NCBI GenBank assembly: GCA_026023565.1
Contig: JAPETS010000015.1
Location: 186,001-250,000 of the forward strand
Length of the DNA stretch: 64,000 nucleotides
DNA from: Cirrosporium novae-zelandiae
Taxonomy: Eukaryota
Reading direction: 5' to 3'
Below, one piece after another: positions 11,922 to 23,518 of this stretch. A program made the position numbers and the translations under genes. The notes beneath the pieces are model-generated. The model was not told the origin of the DNA. It was given only the letters and a program-made list of their open reading frames with translations, and made no database searches. Numbering within the stretch: the stretch's first letter is position 1; each line of letters begins with the position of its first letter.

Positions 11922-12950
11922 ATGCCTCCCCGAATAAATTTGCGGCCATCAACGAGATCATTAAGGCCGTGCAAGACCACAGGATGGAGGGCCCCAGTAT
12001 CATGCCGATATGCTCATGCAGCGGCAGCAATAACACCAGCAGCTTCAAATGAACAGACGACACGCTCCATATCACCCGTTATGCACTATCCCAAGACCCA
12101 ACCGCCCTCCCATAAACCCCCGGAGTTCCGCAAATCCCAATTGTTGCGACAATATGTATCACTGCTACGTTCTACGCCCCTAATGCTCCTTCTCCAACAC
12201 AACAATCTCGTATCTACGGAATGGGTAGCCTTGCGACGAGAACTTGCCACTGCGTTGCGAAAGGTGGATGAAAAGTTGGGTCATGGAAATGATCGGGTAC
12301 ACGAGGCCGACGAAATAAAGCTTCATACGATACAGACGGGTATTTTTGCCCCAGCTCTTCGCATTGCGGAGTTCTACAACCCAGAGGAAACTACTGTGGC
12401 TCGCCAACCAACAGACCCTTCGATCAATTCGTCCGCCCAAATTCCTAATATCAAACCAAGCCCTGACGACCCCTCTCTCGCCCATTCTCTTTCGCGTACT
12501 GCTTACCAGGCTGTCTTGAAGAAGAAGGGAAAACATCCACTTGCGCCTCTCCTCGCAGGCCCAGTCGTGCTCCTGACATTCCCCACAGTATCTCCGCCTC
12601 ATCTTGCAGCAGCCCTGTCAATACTATCTCCCAACAAAGCATTTCCTGCACCTACACGGAGAGCAAGACCAGCTTATCATGAAGCAGATGTACAAGCCGC
12701 AGTTCACAAATTGGTGTTATTAGGAGCAAGAGTAGAAGGAAAGGTCTTTGACGGAGAGGGTGTTAGATGGGTCGGAGAAATTGAAGGTGGACTGGATGGC
12801 CTCAGAGCTAGTTTGGTGGCCATGCTGCAAGGAATGGGAGGAAGCATCACGAATGCGTTGGAGAGCGCAGGCAGGAGCTTATATTTCACTATGGAAGACA
12901 GGAAAGGAATGCTGGAAGATGAAGAGAAAGGAGGGAAAAAAGAGGAATGA
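11922..12950 (+). CDS. MRPL11: Mitochondrial large-subunit ribosomal protein uL10m (YmL11-like)
   Basis: Arg-rich presequence MPPRINLRPSTRSLR; QPPSHKPPEFRKSQLLRQY, QHNNL..EW..LRREL, LLGARVEGKVFD, GGLDGLRASLV. Probable 5'-UTR intron 11862-11913. Divergent from TRP4. Confidence 0.85.
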   Translation: MPPRINLRPSTRSLRPCKTTGWRAPVSCRYAHAAAAITPAASNEQTTRSISPVMHYPKTQPPSHKPPEFRKSQLLRQYVSLLRSTPLMLLLQHNNLVSTEWVALRRELATALRKVDEKLGHGNDRVHEADEIKLHTIQTGIFAPALRIAEFYNPEETTVARQPTDPSINSSAQIPNIKPSPDDPSLAHSLSRTAYQAVLKKKGKHPLAPLLAGPVVLLTFPTVSPPHLAAALSILSPNKAFPAPTRRARPAYHEADVQAAVHKLVLLGARVEGKVFDGEGVRWVGEIEGGLDGLRASLVAMLQGMGGSITNALESAGRSLYFTMEDRKGMLEDEEKGGKKEE

Positions 12951-13890
12951 TAAATATCGAAAATATGTTTACGTAGGTATGAGACGCTCTTGTATTATAC
13001 TCTGTATGTATGTTCCCATTGGAGAGGCTAGAAGCCATCCTTCACCTTCCCCGGGTGGGTGGATCATTTGTGGATTGTTCAAATGCAAATCTGCCTACGC
13101 TCCAACTACTTCGTACAACTAAAACAATCACCAACTAATGGTAGCAAGCGAGCTCGTAGGTCAGGCCATTGCAAAATCTGGACAACTAGCATTCTCTACT
13201 CATTAGTAAAACTGACTGTTAGCTGGTCCGGCAGCATGATCACTTCGTGCCAATTCCCATGCCAGGGGAGCTGAAAAGCACTCATAATGATAAGTATTAT
13301 CAAATGCTAAATAGGGCTTCGCTCGATGGTAATAATGGATTCTAGTGTATTTATTATTTGCCATGAGGTAGGTTGGGGTAGATTACATGTATCAGCGGAC
13401 TATCAAGATGATGTTTGAAGATATATGGAGGCTAGCCGTTTTTGGTTGTAACGTTAGCTCATTTTGCTTCAGGCCTAAAATATAAGGAGTACTATGTTCC
13501 TCCTAGAATTACAATCCCCACTCTTTTTAAACTGAATGTAGTGCTATGATATTATTTTCAGAATTTCTCGGTCACCTCAAGGTGTCTTTTGCAAAATAAA
13601 CCCCTCAGGATAACCATCGATGATCTGGTGATGGACACTCATGGTATCTTAGCACTGTTTGTATAGATATGTCAAAAGGGCCCATCCCATCACAACGCTT
13701 TGTATTGATGCAAAGCAAAACAACAATGGCTTGAGATGTTTCCTGAATTCAATTTTAGCCAAGTCTCACTTTTCGCCGAAGATGAGCGAATGTTGGACAA
13801 GCCATCATATCCGATGCAAGTGTAATTCACTGCAAGGTTGGCCGACCAACAGTTTCACTCCTCCTACCCTGCTTATTTAATGAACATCCG

Positions 13891-16800
13891 ATGGCTTTTT
13901 TTTTAACTGTGTTCTTCAAAATGCCAAAAAGTCGCTATCAGGCCCAGATTTTGTGACAAAGTTTCTTCGTCGGAAAATATTGGCCAAGGATGCCACTAGA
14001 CTTTTGGATAATGCAAAGGGTGATGATATTACCCTTTCCCTCGTTGGCTCTCGATCCTCAATCAGTGAGTACTCCCAATACAGTGGCAACCTTCCTTGGA
14101 GGTTGAATGATGAGGGGGCCCTCCGAAAACATGCAAAAACTACGATGGTGGGGTCGAGCCCTAGCTGGAAATTTGGATCCTATCATCATCGGCCTGCCCT
14201 TAGAGAATTCGCCACTCTCAGTGATGATCAGGACGGTAGTTATTCGGGGTTCAGAGATGTTCAGGGGATAGCGGATGTGTATGTCTACTCGCCTACCCTA
14301 TTAGCAAGATTGATGAAGAAAGCTTACCACAAGTACAAAAGCATCCAAAGACAAATTGAACATTTACTCCAGGCCATTGAAGTTGATAGTACTTCCACAA
14401 CTTCGACGAATAACATCAACACACTTTTCAATCAAATTGATAGCCCCTCTTCTTCAAGTTTGGCCGTTGATTTGGATTGGGACGACAAAAATGATGTAAC
14501 CTATGACAACCGGGTTCCAGGTGTTGGTTCTTGTGAAAGTTCTGCCAACATCGATGCTTTTTATGATGACACCTGCTCAGCATTTTTGAAAACTGGAGCC
14601 ACCGATAGCTCTAATGCGTATTTGGAGAAGAGCCTAGAGTATCATACCGAAGAGACAAGCACCGAGGGGATCGATCTAGAACACTACATCATTGTATTGT
14701 TGAACTGTCTGCTTTTCGAGCCTAGTCTTTTCAGACTCGTAGCGAAAGCTGTGAATCAAATATTCAAGGTCGCTAACCTGAATATAATTGCTTGGCATGA
14801 TTATATTTGTCAATCATCCCCAAGAGACAAAGGGATTGAGACGGGTAAGGGGGCCTCTACACTTAGAGCAAGACCCCGCAGGTCTAGAGACAAAAGATTA
14901 TCTGGTGCAAACTGGCGGCAAAATCATGACCAGTGCAAGCAACCAGTAGAGCCTTATGCGGTATGAAATCAAATCCAGAATATGTTTATCAAAACTAATA
15001 TTGAGAACAGGCCTGATTCAATGTCACTAACAGGTATATAACAAATGCTCCCTTCCTATATTTGGATAGGGCATAGCTGATACCCCGACACAGTATTCGG
15101 AATCTTGGGACCACTTTCCTAAACAGAGATTCAAATCCTGCTTCAAACCCCGACCCTGCTGCATCACTAGCTCCGCCCCAGGTTGGATCTTTATACAGAT
15201 CAGATGGTTCCCGAACTCAACAGATGGCAGCTTTTACCACTGTTCTTCAAGATGACCGGTATCGAATTCGTCTTTAGTTGAGTGCGATTATGCAAGGAGT
15301 GGATGGATATCATTCAATTAGATTCTGGGATGGATATCATCAATTGAGCCAAGAACAAATGGCTATTACCTATGAAGATATTCTTGAGACCGCAGAACAA
15401 AATACTAGCTTCGTTGCAATCTACAAGGACTATGAAATATTTGTTACTGTCTCGCCCAAAACAATGCAGATTCTGTGTGATGGTGCCTTTGTGCCCATTT
15501 TGGTCGAAGCTCTCAGCAATCATGTCTACCCCCAGCTTCTTTTGGACAAGATTTTGATTTTTGAATATGCAAAAGGGTCTATCAAACAAGGGCTCGATCA
15601 ACCCCACTTTCATACAACGAATTCGATGTCATCCTCGTTAATGAAATATTACAATATTCAAGATGTCATCATCACAATATGGACATATCTCGATTCCTGT
15701 CCAGAAGAACCCAGATCGCGAAGCAGCGGTCTGCAGGAAGATTCGGTTCTCTCTAATAGGCTATGTTATTAGAGACCACGCTCTTACCTACCATACCTAC
15801 AACCCCAAATAGATGGCTATTTGCTGAATCTACGGGGCGTAGAAGAAGGAAATCTTCAACCGATACCTTGGCAGCCTTGCAAGCGATTTGACCACACTCG
15901 GGAATATTTAAACCGTCTTAAACAGCCCCCGCAGAGCAATGGAGCCCGGAAAACAACAGTCGTCGAGATGGGTGAGTGTAGACGCAGCTTCGTATCTTGT
16001 GGTGATGATGAGCAATGCTCCTTGCTTTCAAATGGGCCCTCTAACATCCCCCTTTACCAAACCCTCACAGTAGTGGATAACATGCGGCGAGCCAATTTCA
16101 CTAAATGGTTATGGGACTTCACTGAGGATAAAACTTCAGATGTTCCTTTCCTAGACAATGAGAGTTCTAAAAGCCAAGAGATGTTCCAGAGAACTGCTTC
16201 TCCAGAATCATATTAACCAGAAAATTCGCCAAACCCTTGTGTAATAAGTCAATACTATATCCAAAAGCCTCTAGATAGCAGTATAGCAAGACCCGCTCGA
16301 CATTTTTTGCCCACTAAGACTACTTTAACTACAGAGGAAACACTGCTGGCTCCAGCAATGTTTGATACTCAATCGGATCCTAATTTCTTTTAAGATGCAA
16401 GAACTCTTACCCCCAGCAACTTCCGTAGAAGGTCTACTCTTCAAGAAGCACAACAATTATCTGAACGGCCTGATCCTAACTATGGATATGATCCTAAAGG
16501 TATCGGGGATCGAAGAGGCAAACAGGAACAAGAGAACGATAAATCAAAAAAGCCTCTATCAAACAATGAAGTTCCCCCTACCTACGGAGGTCATTTCATT
16601 CAAGTGGCTATGGATCAACGAGTTTCACCGTCTGACAATTTGCCTTGGGAAATTTGCACGCTCATTCTAAAAACTTTGCCCATTAGTGCTCTTTACGCTT
16701 TAGAAAGAGTGAGCAAGAATAGTCACCTTATCATTCAGAGACACCACTATCTTAAATGTGTTGCTGTGTTGCAACCTAAATACTAGGTTGACCCGTACGA

Positions 16801-17380
16801 AATTTCCTGGCACAAAAGTTGTCTACCAAACGAGTATTTAGCCCCAGAGTTGTATCATGGTATATGCTGCTGTCTTGAGGAGCGTACTAGACTTGGGCCT
16901 TCCTATCTAAATCCCTTGGGAAAGTTAGGATGCTATGCCGTTCATAATGCCGTTCAACGGATATTTTGGGATTCTCGATCGGCAATATACAATCCTTCTT
17001 CGGAGCCTTTCCTATACAAACCAAACTATGGGAATAAGACCTGTAAAGCGATCCCCTTGTCGAAGACTAATTTATCTCTACAACCAATTGTTTACCCAGA
17101 GCTAACGGTCATGACTATGCGACTAGGACAACTCTCTTACCTAGGAAGAGAAAGCTACCCACACGTTCGCAAGGACTTCGTCGTGGTTGGGCGTAACGGT
17201 GGGCCAATTACAATTTTCGATCTATTCCTCGCCTTGCAGAGGTTTCTAGCTAGTATTCAAGGTACCTGGGCTGAGATATATCCCACAAATGCCCAAGACA
17301 ATTTTGTATTGCCCTGTACCTTTCGACCTAAGAACAAGTTCCTAATAGGGGCCATAGACAAATGGGTGAAATTGACCTAG
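13891..17380 (+). pseudogene. Large (~1,100 codon) orphan gene with F-box-like motif, inactivated by six in-frame stops
   Basis: Frame is preserved across introns 14961-15010 and 15034-15093 and through ORF fragments 15278, 15821, 16604 and 16850 (all one frame). Stops at 15014 TGA, 15275 TAG, 15770 TAG, 16214 TAA, 16391 TAA, 16784 TAG. F-box-like LPWEICTLILKTLPISALYALERVSK at ~16640-16720. The start needs +1 T in the T9 run at ~13896. Confidence 0.75.
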
Positions 17381-18163
17381 ATTGTAAGTACCACATTTGA
17401 AGCCACCATGTCGATTTGATTGGCCAATAGGGGCGGCCATATTCAGTGGAGGAAGCTCAGGCCTTCATCTCACCGGGACTCTGCAGATATTTATCAAGCC
17501 CTATTGTCTATTGAGTTATACGAAATCGAGAGGTAGGGCGCACCAAGGCACTAGAATAGAAACCATCCACAACCATACACATTACTATAAAACAGAAGAT
17601 ATATTCACCCAAGAAGAAAAGTCATTGCTGTTACCACCTTTGGCAACCTGCCATCCATTAGACCTAGACCTTATAACTTAATATTGTTGTTGAATAGAGG
17701 AATATAAAATTCGGCCAAGATTACTAATCCCGTATTCTCTCCGCAATTGTAACCTAAAGGATCTGCTGCTAACAACGGCCCCAGCAATTCAACCGCAAAC
17801 CTTTTCTCTTTTCATTTCCACTCGTGCTCACTTACTTGACTATTCGTAATTGAATAAGACAAGAAATAATTTTCAACATTTTTAGACCATCCCAACATAG
17901 AAACCACTAGCTGAACATGTCCGATTTGTAGTATGATTATCATTGGTTGGAGGAGGAACCTTTTCATCGTATCATGCAGCCCGTCTTCCGTTGGCGTGGT
18001 TGGGAAAGCTATTGGTTACACCAATACATGCAACAACTATCTAAGGATTTTTAGCAGAAGTTTCATTGCTTCAAACTCCTTTCTTTATAAACTACTTCTA
18101 TTCCCTTCTTCTAATCTCTAAATTCCCCATTCTACTTACAGTATCACCCCTCCTACACTCACA

Positions 18164-19313
18164 ATGTCCGCTCCAGAACAGTCAGCCCCGTTGAAGAAAT
18201 ACCATGGCAATTGCCATTGCCACGCATTCGAATTCTCTGTGATGCTCCCTGAACTGAAGGAAGTATACGAGTGCAATTGCAGCATTTGTTCGAGGGTAGG
18301 TGAAATGCTTCTACTTGCTTCCTGTTCACCATACAAAATATGGCTCTTTTGCTTTAAAGTAGACCAACTACTTTTCGACCCAGTTGACTTTGAGTGTCAA
18401 TTGAAGGATCTTGCTTTATGCCGAGGTCTAATAGAATTATAGAATGTGGGCTTATATGTAAATAGAGAGGTGTTTTATGGGCTTTTCCTTTAAAAGACAG
18501 TGATTTCGTCATCGAGAAGGGAGAAGGAACCCTAACAGAGTACTCCTTTGGTCCAAAGACCAAGTCTCACAAAGTGTGTCTCCTGCCTCCCCCCTAGGGA
18601 AACGAGAACCCAAGAAACAACTAATATTATATTCAGTTCTGTCCAACATGCGGCACTGCCGTCTATACCACTGCTACTAATAGACCAGAAGGCCAATCGA
18701 CGGCCGTAAATGCCCGCACTTTCAGCAAACCCCACTTTGATATCCATCCAGAGGGACTGTATTCCTCCATCAAAATAACCTCTTTTGATGGTGCCGCCAT
18801 GGGACCAGCATATGAATTTAGCCCTGCCCCTCCTCACGACCTCCAACCCGACGAGGGTGAAAAGTTATACCATAAGACCTGCCATTGCGGGGCCCTGCAT
18901 GCGGTGATCGCAGCCCCACCGGCGGAAGATTGGGTGGCTACTGCTTGCAATTGCAGCATTTGCACGCGAGTATGCATCCCCTCCAATATTTATCTAATCA
19001 AACACTTCTAACGGGATCATACAAATAGAATGGATCGCTCTGGTATTACAGCAAGAATCCTAAAGCTCGTTTTCTACCGTCGAAGCCAGAGGCTGTCACA
19101 AACTACACGTTTGGTACTGGGATAGCTGTCCATAAGTTTTGTGCTATCTGTGGTGTTGAGGTGGTTAATACGTTTTCTCCCGAACTCAGTCATCCAGTAA
19201 CTGGAAAGGACACTGCTGCGACAAACATCAGGGGTGTCGAGGGAGTGGATGTGCAAAAGTTGGAAGTAACATGGGTGAATGGTTGGGATATACTCTCGTC
19301 ATATGATGATTAA
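18164..19313 (+). CDS. Tandem GFA/CENP-V (Mss4-like) domain protein
   Basis: Exons 18164-18295, 18466-18573, 18637-18969, 19029-19313; two copies of the pattern CHC..CNCSIC.R.G.LW..HKFC..CG. Confidence 0.9.
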
Positions 19314-19728
19314 GTGATATGTAAGGCTTAATCTGCGGGAAATGTTTTTATAGGTGAGATACTACCTAGGTAACTTAAGAATCCGAAAAGAATTGAAAAG
19401 AGTTCTCATAGAGGTACCAAATGTCTTTAGACCCAGTAGATACTTTTCCAGCAAATTAGTAGTAGCTTTATTCTTTCATCTATGGCTCTCTTTAATATTT
19501 CATAGGAGTTCTGATTAGAATGTGCTATTACTTTTTTCAATATTTAGCCACCGCATCGTATTATGCAATTTCGAGCCCTCGTGTAATCCTCTATTCAGCG
19601 AATGATATCTTTGCACCAACTGTTATGTCATAGACATAAAAATCCAATCTGATCTATTTCAAAAACGCCTTCATAGTATCATTTGTGAGCCGACACTCCA
19701 ATCTCGAAATCATCAAGTGACGCCTGTT

Positions 19729-20034
19729 TCATCGCGCTTCGAATTGCACCATCCTGTAGTGTACAATGTCAGTTCTCGTTTGACAAAGATGCAGCCAAAA
19801 TTTGACTCAAGATCGAGTATAGGAAAAATGGTAACCATACCTCTTGGTCCTTTCCTTATACAAGATACGGTGTCCACATTCCTTGCAACGGATAGGATCG
19901 CCCTTCTTTAATGGGACCTTGGCAGCACAGTCGCCGCAGAGATAGGTAACAGTAGGGCCAGCCTGGTCATACATGACCTGAGAGCCAGCCCCGAAGGAGG
20001 AGGTATTGGGAACTTGGTACTGTTCGCGAGACAT
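19729..20034 (-). CDS. RPC10: RNA polymerase I/II/III shared subunit RPABC4 (Rpb12)
   Basis: [38 protein letters not shown]; intron 19754-19840; 5'-UTR intron 20148-20200. Confidence 0.96.
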
Positions 20035-20200
20035 GGTTGCAGTAGTTTTCAGGGCGTATGACAATGCGTGGGTAGTATAAATGATGTTCTTGTTTGTATG
20101 TAAAGTTGTCTTAAAAAAAGATGGGCGGTAGATAGATTTGAAGAAAACTGAAGAGAAGTTTGTCAGTACGGTTAACTGTAAGTAGGATGTCAGGACTCAC

Positions 20201-20299
20201 AAACTCGGATCTTCACTATTTGTGTTGGAGATTAAAAGTGTGATGTAAAAGGATGTAAAGAGGATGCAGATTTGTGGAGGAAAAGGTACTCCCTGAGTC
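20201..20299 (-). repeat. ~100 bp segment (non-coding first exon of RPC10) with a diverged direct copy at 58583-58665
   Basis: Shared blocks on + strand: caaactcggatcttcac, ttaaaagtgtgatgtaaaa, agatttgt, gtact, agtc, in the same order in both copies. Confidence 0.85.
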
Positions 20300-20466
20300 C
20301 GTAAGGCTGAGGAAGCTTTGTTATCTAATCAGCGAATCAATCAACCTCCGATTGCGCTTCTCTACGGGTGGCGTCATCGCCCCCCTCAAATCAAATATTA
20401 ATTATTAAAAATCTCAAAGACTTGGATTCAATTCACCCTGGGGACTTTACATGAACATTTTAGACC

Positions 20467-22325
20467 ATGAGCGCCATTCTTTCGGCAGATGATCTGAATG
20501 ATTTCATCTCGCCCGGTGTTGCGTGTATCAAACCTGTAGAAACACTCCCAAAACAACCAGAAGCCCCTTTGGTATTGTTGACCTTCCTTTCTGCCATACA
20601 GCTCAATGCTGATGTTTATATATTCAGGACCCTTATCAAGTTACAACCGAAGATAAAATCACCCCAGAAAACCTTCCACCAGCGCAAATATCCCTCACCG
20701 ACTGCCTAGCATGCTCTGGCTGTGTGACTTCAGCAGAAGCCGTTCTCGTTTCCTTACAATCACATACGGAAGTACTTAATGCCCTGGATTCTGCCCCTTC
20801 AAGGCCTCTGACCCGACGGCAAAAGTGCACGACGACGAACTGTTCTGGAAGCTGCGCAAATGGAACATCGGATGGGAAAATATTTGTAGCAAGTGTAAGC
20901 CCTCAGGTGCGAGCAAGCTTGGCAGCTACATATGGAGTATCAGGACGGACCGCGGGATACATGATAGAACAGCTATTATGCGGAGAAGATGGTTTACGAA
21001 AAGGTGGAAAATACGGAAACGGGTTCGCTTGGGTAGTAGATACCAACATCGCAAGGCAGATCTGTCTGGTTGCTGGTGCAGATGAGGTGATAGAATCACT
21101 ATCCGGGAAACGCAAATTTGGAGACGATGGAGAAGAAGCAGCGAAAAAGCCAATCCTATCTTCAGCTTGCCCGGGCTGGATATGCTATGCAGAGAAAACA
21201 CATCCCCATGTGCTTTCTCACCTCTCTCGACTCAAGTCCCCGCAAGCCCTCTCGGGAGTCCTTCTAAAATCGGTATTAAGCCACCACCTAAACATCCCCC
21301 CCTCGAAAATATTTCACCTCGCAATAATGCCTTGTTTCGACAAGAAACTCGAAGCCAGCAGGGAAGAACTAACGTCCAACCATTGGGCGTCTTCTCCCTC
21401 AGACCCCCCCATCCGCGACGTCGACTGCGTCATCACATCCCGTGAAATCCTAACCCTAGCCACCGCGCGAAACATCGACTTCTCCTCCCTACCCCGCACG
21501 CCCATCCCCTCCGCCTCCCGCCCCGAATTCCCAGACTCCTATCTCTCAACCTTCCTCTTCCCCCAACCCCCTACCAACAACCCCCCCACCATTCCACCCT
21601 CCGCAGGCACCTCCGGCGGCTACATGCACCACCTAGTCCTAACCATGCAATCGCTACATCCAACCTCGGTCCTCCAAATAACCCGCGGCCGCAACAACGA
21701 CGTCTTCGAATACACCCTCCTAGACCCCGCCTCCTCAAAACCAATTTTCAAAGCAGCACGGTATTACGGATTCCGAAATATCCAGAATCTGGTTAGACGG
21801 CTGAGACCGCCGGGGAGGATGTCGAAGCTGCCTGGGGCGGCTACTGCAGCGAGGAGGGCTAGGGGGAAGGATGGGGGCGATAGGGAATTTGCGTATGTGG
21901 AGGTCATGGCGTGTCCCGGAGGTTGTACGAATGGGGGAGGGCAGGTTCGGGTTGAGGAGGTGAGGGGACGGGAGGGGGTTGGGGCGAAGGAATGGTTAAG
22001 GGAGGTGGATGAGGCATACTATTCCGCTTCATCATCATCCTCCTCTTCCCCTTCCCCTTCTCCTCCCCCCTCCTCCCCCTCCTCAGACGAAACCCCCCCT
22101 TTACCCACCACCACCACCCCAACACTCATAAACGGCATCTTCCCCCCCCAAATCCACACCCTCCTAAGCTACTGGTCCAACCTCACGGGTATAGAAAAGA
22201 ATAATCTCATCTACACCACCTACCGGAAAGTGGAAAGTGATGTTGGGAAGAATGGTGCAAAGGGGGGGGGTGGGAGTACGGAGAGGGTTGTGGAATTGGC
22301 GGGGAAGATTGGGGGGGGGTGGTAA
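20467..22325 (+). CDS. NAR1: Cytosolic Fe-S cluster assembly factor (iron-only hydrogenase-like)
   Basis: [23 protein letters not shown]; intron 20572-20627; [65 protein letters not shown], terminal GGGW. Confidence 0.97.
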
Positions 22326-23309
22326 TGGGACGAAAGAAAGAACGAAGGACGGGATTTATTTGTTTAGGGTTGTTGTTGTTTGTTTCAGGAGAATAAGAAA
22401 AGGGGAGTTTTTTTCATACCTGGTGTCGAGTTAGGGTGTTGGATTTACCTTGAAAATTGCATACATAACATGCATATCTTTAGCATAGCGTATGGCGTTT
22501 CGGGGGCGATTTCGTTATAGTTACCCTAACCTACATACCTACATATCTATATATGCGAGTCGTATGTATGTATGAGATGAGAGGATTATGATATGATGGA
22601 CTGGGTTGACTGATCTGAACTAGAATTAGAATTAGAATGGAAGTATCTCTCTCTATTTCTCTCTCTCTACCATAAAATAAAACAAAATAAGACAAAATAG
22701 AAATATATTTAGACTTGTTAATTGTGTTGGTGTGTGGTGGCTGTTACAGGAGTTGGGTTGGGTTGGTTGAGTGTCTTTTCCAGTCCAGGGGTTAGTCGTG
22801 TCTATGATAGTATGTTTCGTTCCATCTTTCTTTTTTTCTTTTTTTCTTTTTGGTTCATCGTTGGTCATATCGATGATGACGGTGATGTTCCATCATACAG
22901 TACAATTAAGCCAAGCATAGCTCATATATCCATATCCATATATATCCACATATATATAATCCTTCCATCCTCCGTTTTCACCTCGTCTCCAAAAATATCA
23001 AATATTAAATTTTACCAGGAAAGTATACACGTTCGTTCCATCATGCTACGGTGCTACATATCTAAAGACCAGGCCAGTTTTTTGCTATGTGAGTTGGGAT
23101 AATTATAGTTATATATATAGGGTTATTCAAAAAAAATGGTGCAAAGTGCAAAGTGTGCTATGGACGTGGATTAGGGATAAATTTCATCGATTGGAGGGAT
23201 GTATATAGATAGGACGGTGGAATTGATTATCCGAGGGTTTTGTTTTGATGATATTTGAATGAGCCCTTTTGGGTGGATGGGGGGTTCCCTAATCGCTAAT
23301 GTCCTTCTT

Positions 23310-23518
23310 TATCTCCTGAACTGACCACCAATGGCTACCGCTAGTAGAGGTGTCATGTAAGGACTATGATCGGTCAAATCACTATTTTCAGGCAGAATTA
23401 GGCATCAGCCTTTTTACTGAATTATATTGAGCCTCAAGATCTTATCATTAGGCCAATTAACCTATTAGTTTTTTACCCCCCTGCTAGCGGTAGCTGTCGG
23501 TGGTAAGTTCAGGAGATA
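23310..23518. mobile_element. MITE-like element, ~205 bp with 39 bp imperfect terminal inverted repeats and TA flanks
   Basis: Left arm 23312-23350 tctcctgaactgaccaccaatggctaccgctagtagagg; right arm 23478-23516 reverse complement tctcctgaacttaccaccgacagctaccgctagcagggg (33/39 identical); TA at 23310 and 23517. Confidence 0.75.

Noticed and set aside
15014..16786. TAA/TAG reassignment to Gln as the explanation for the in-frame stops
   Set aside because: One stop is TGA, and many intact genes in the window end in TAA or TAG.
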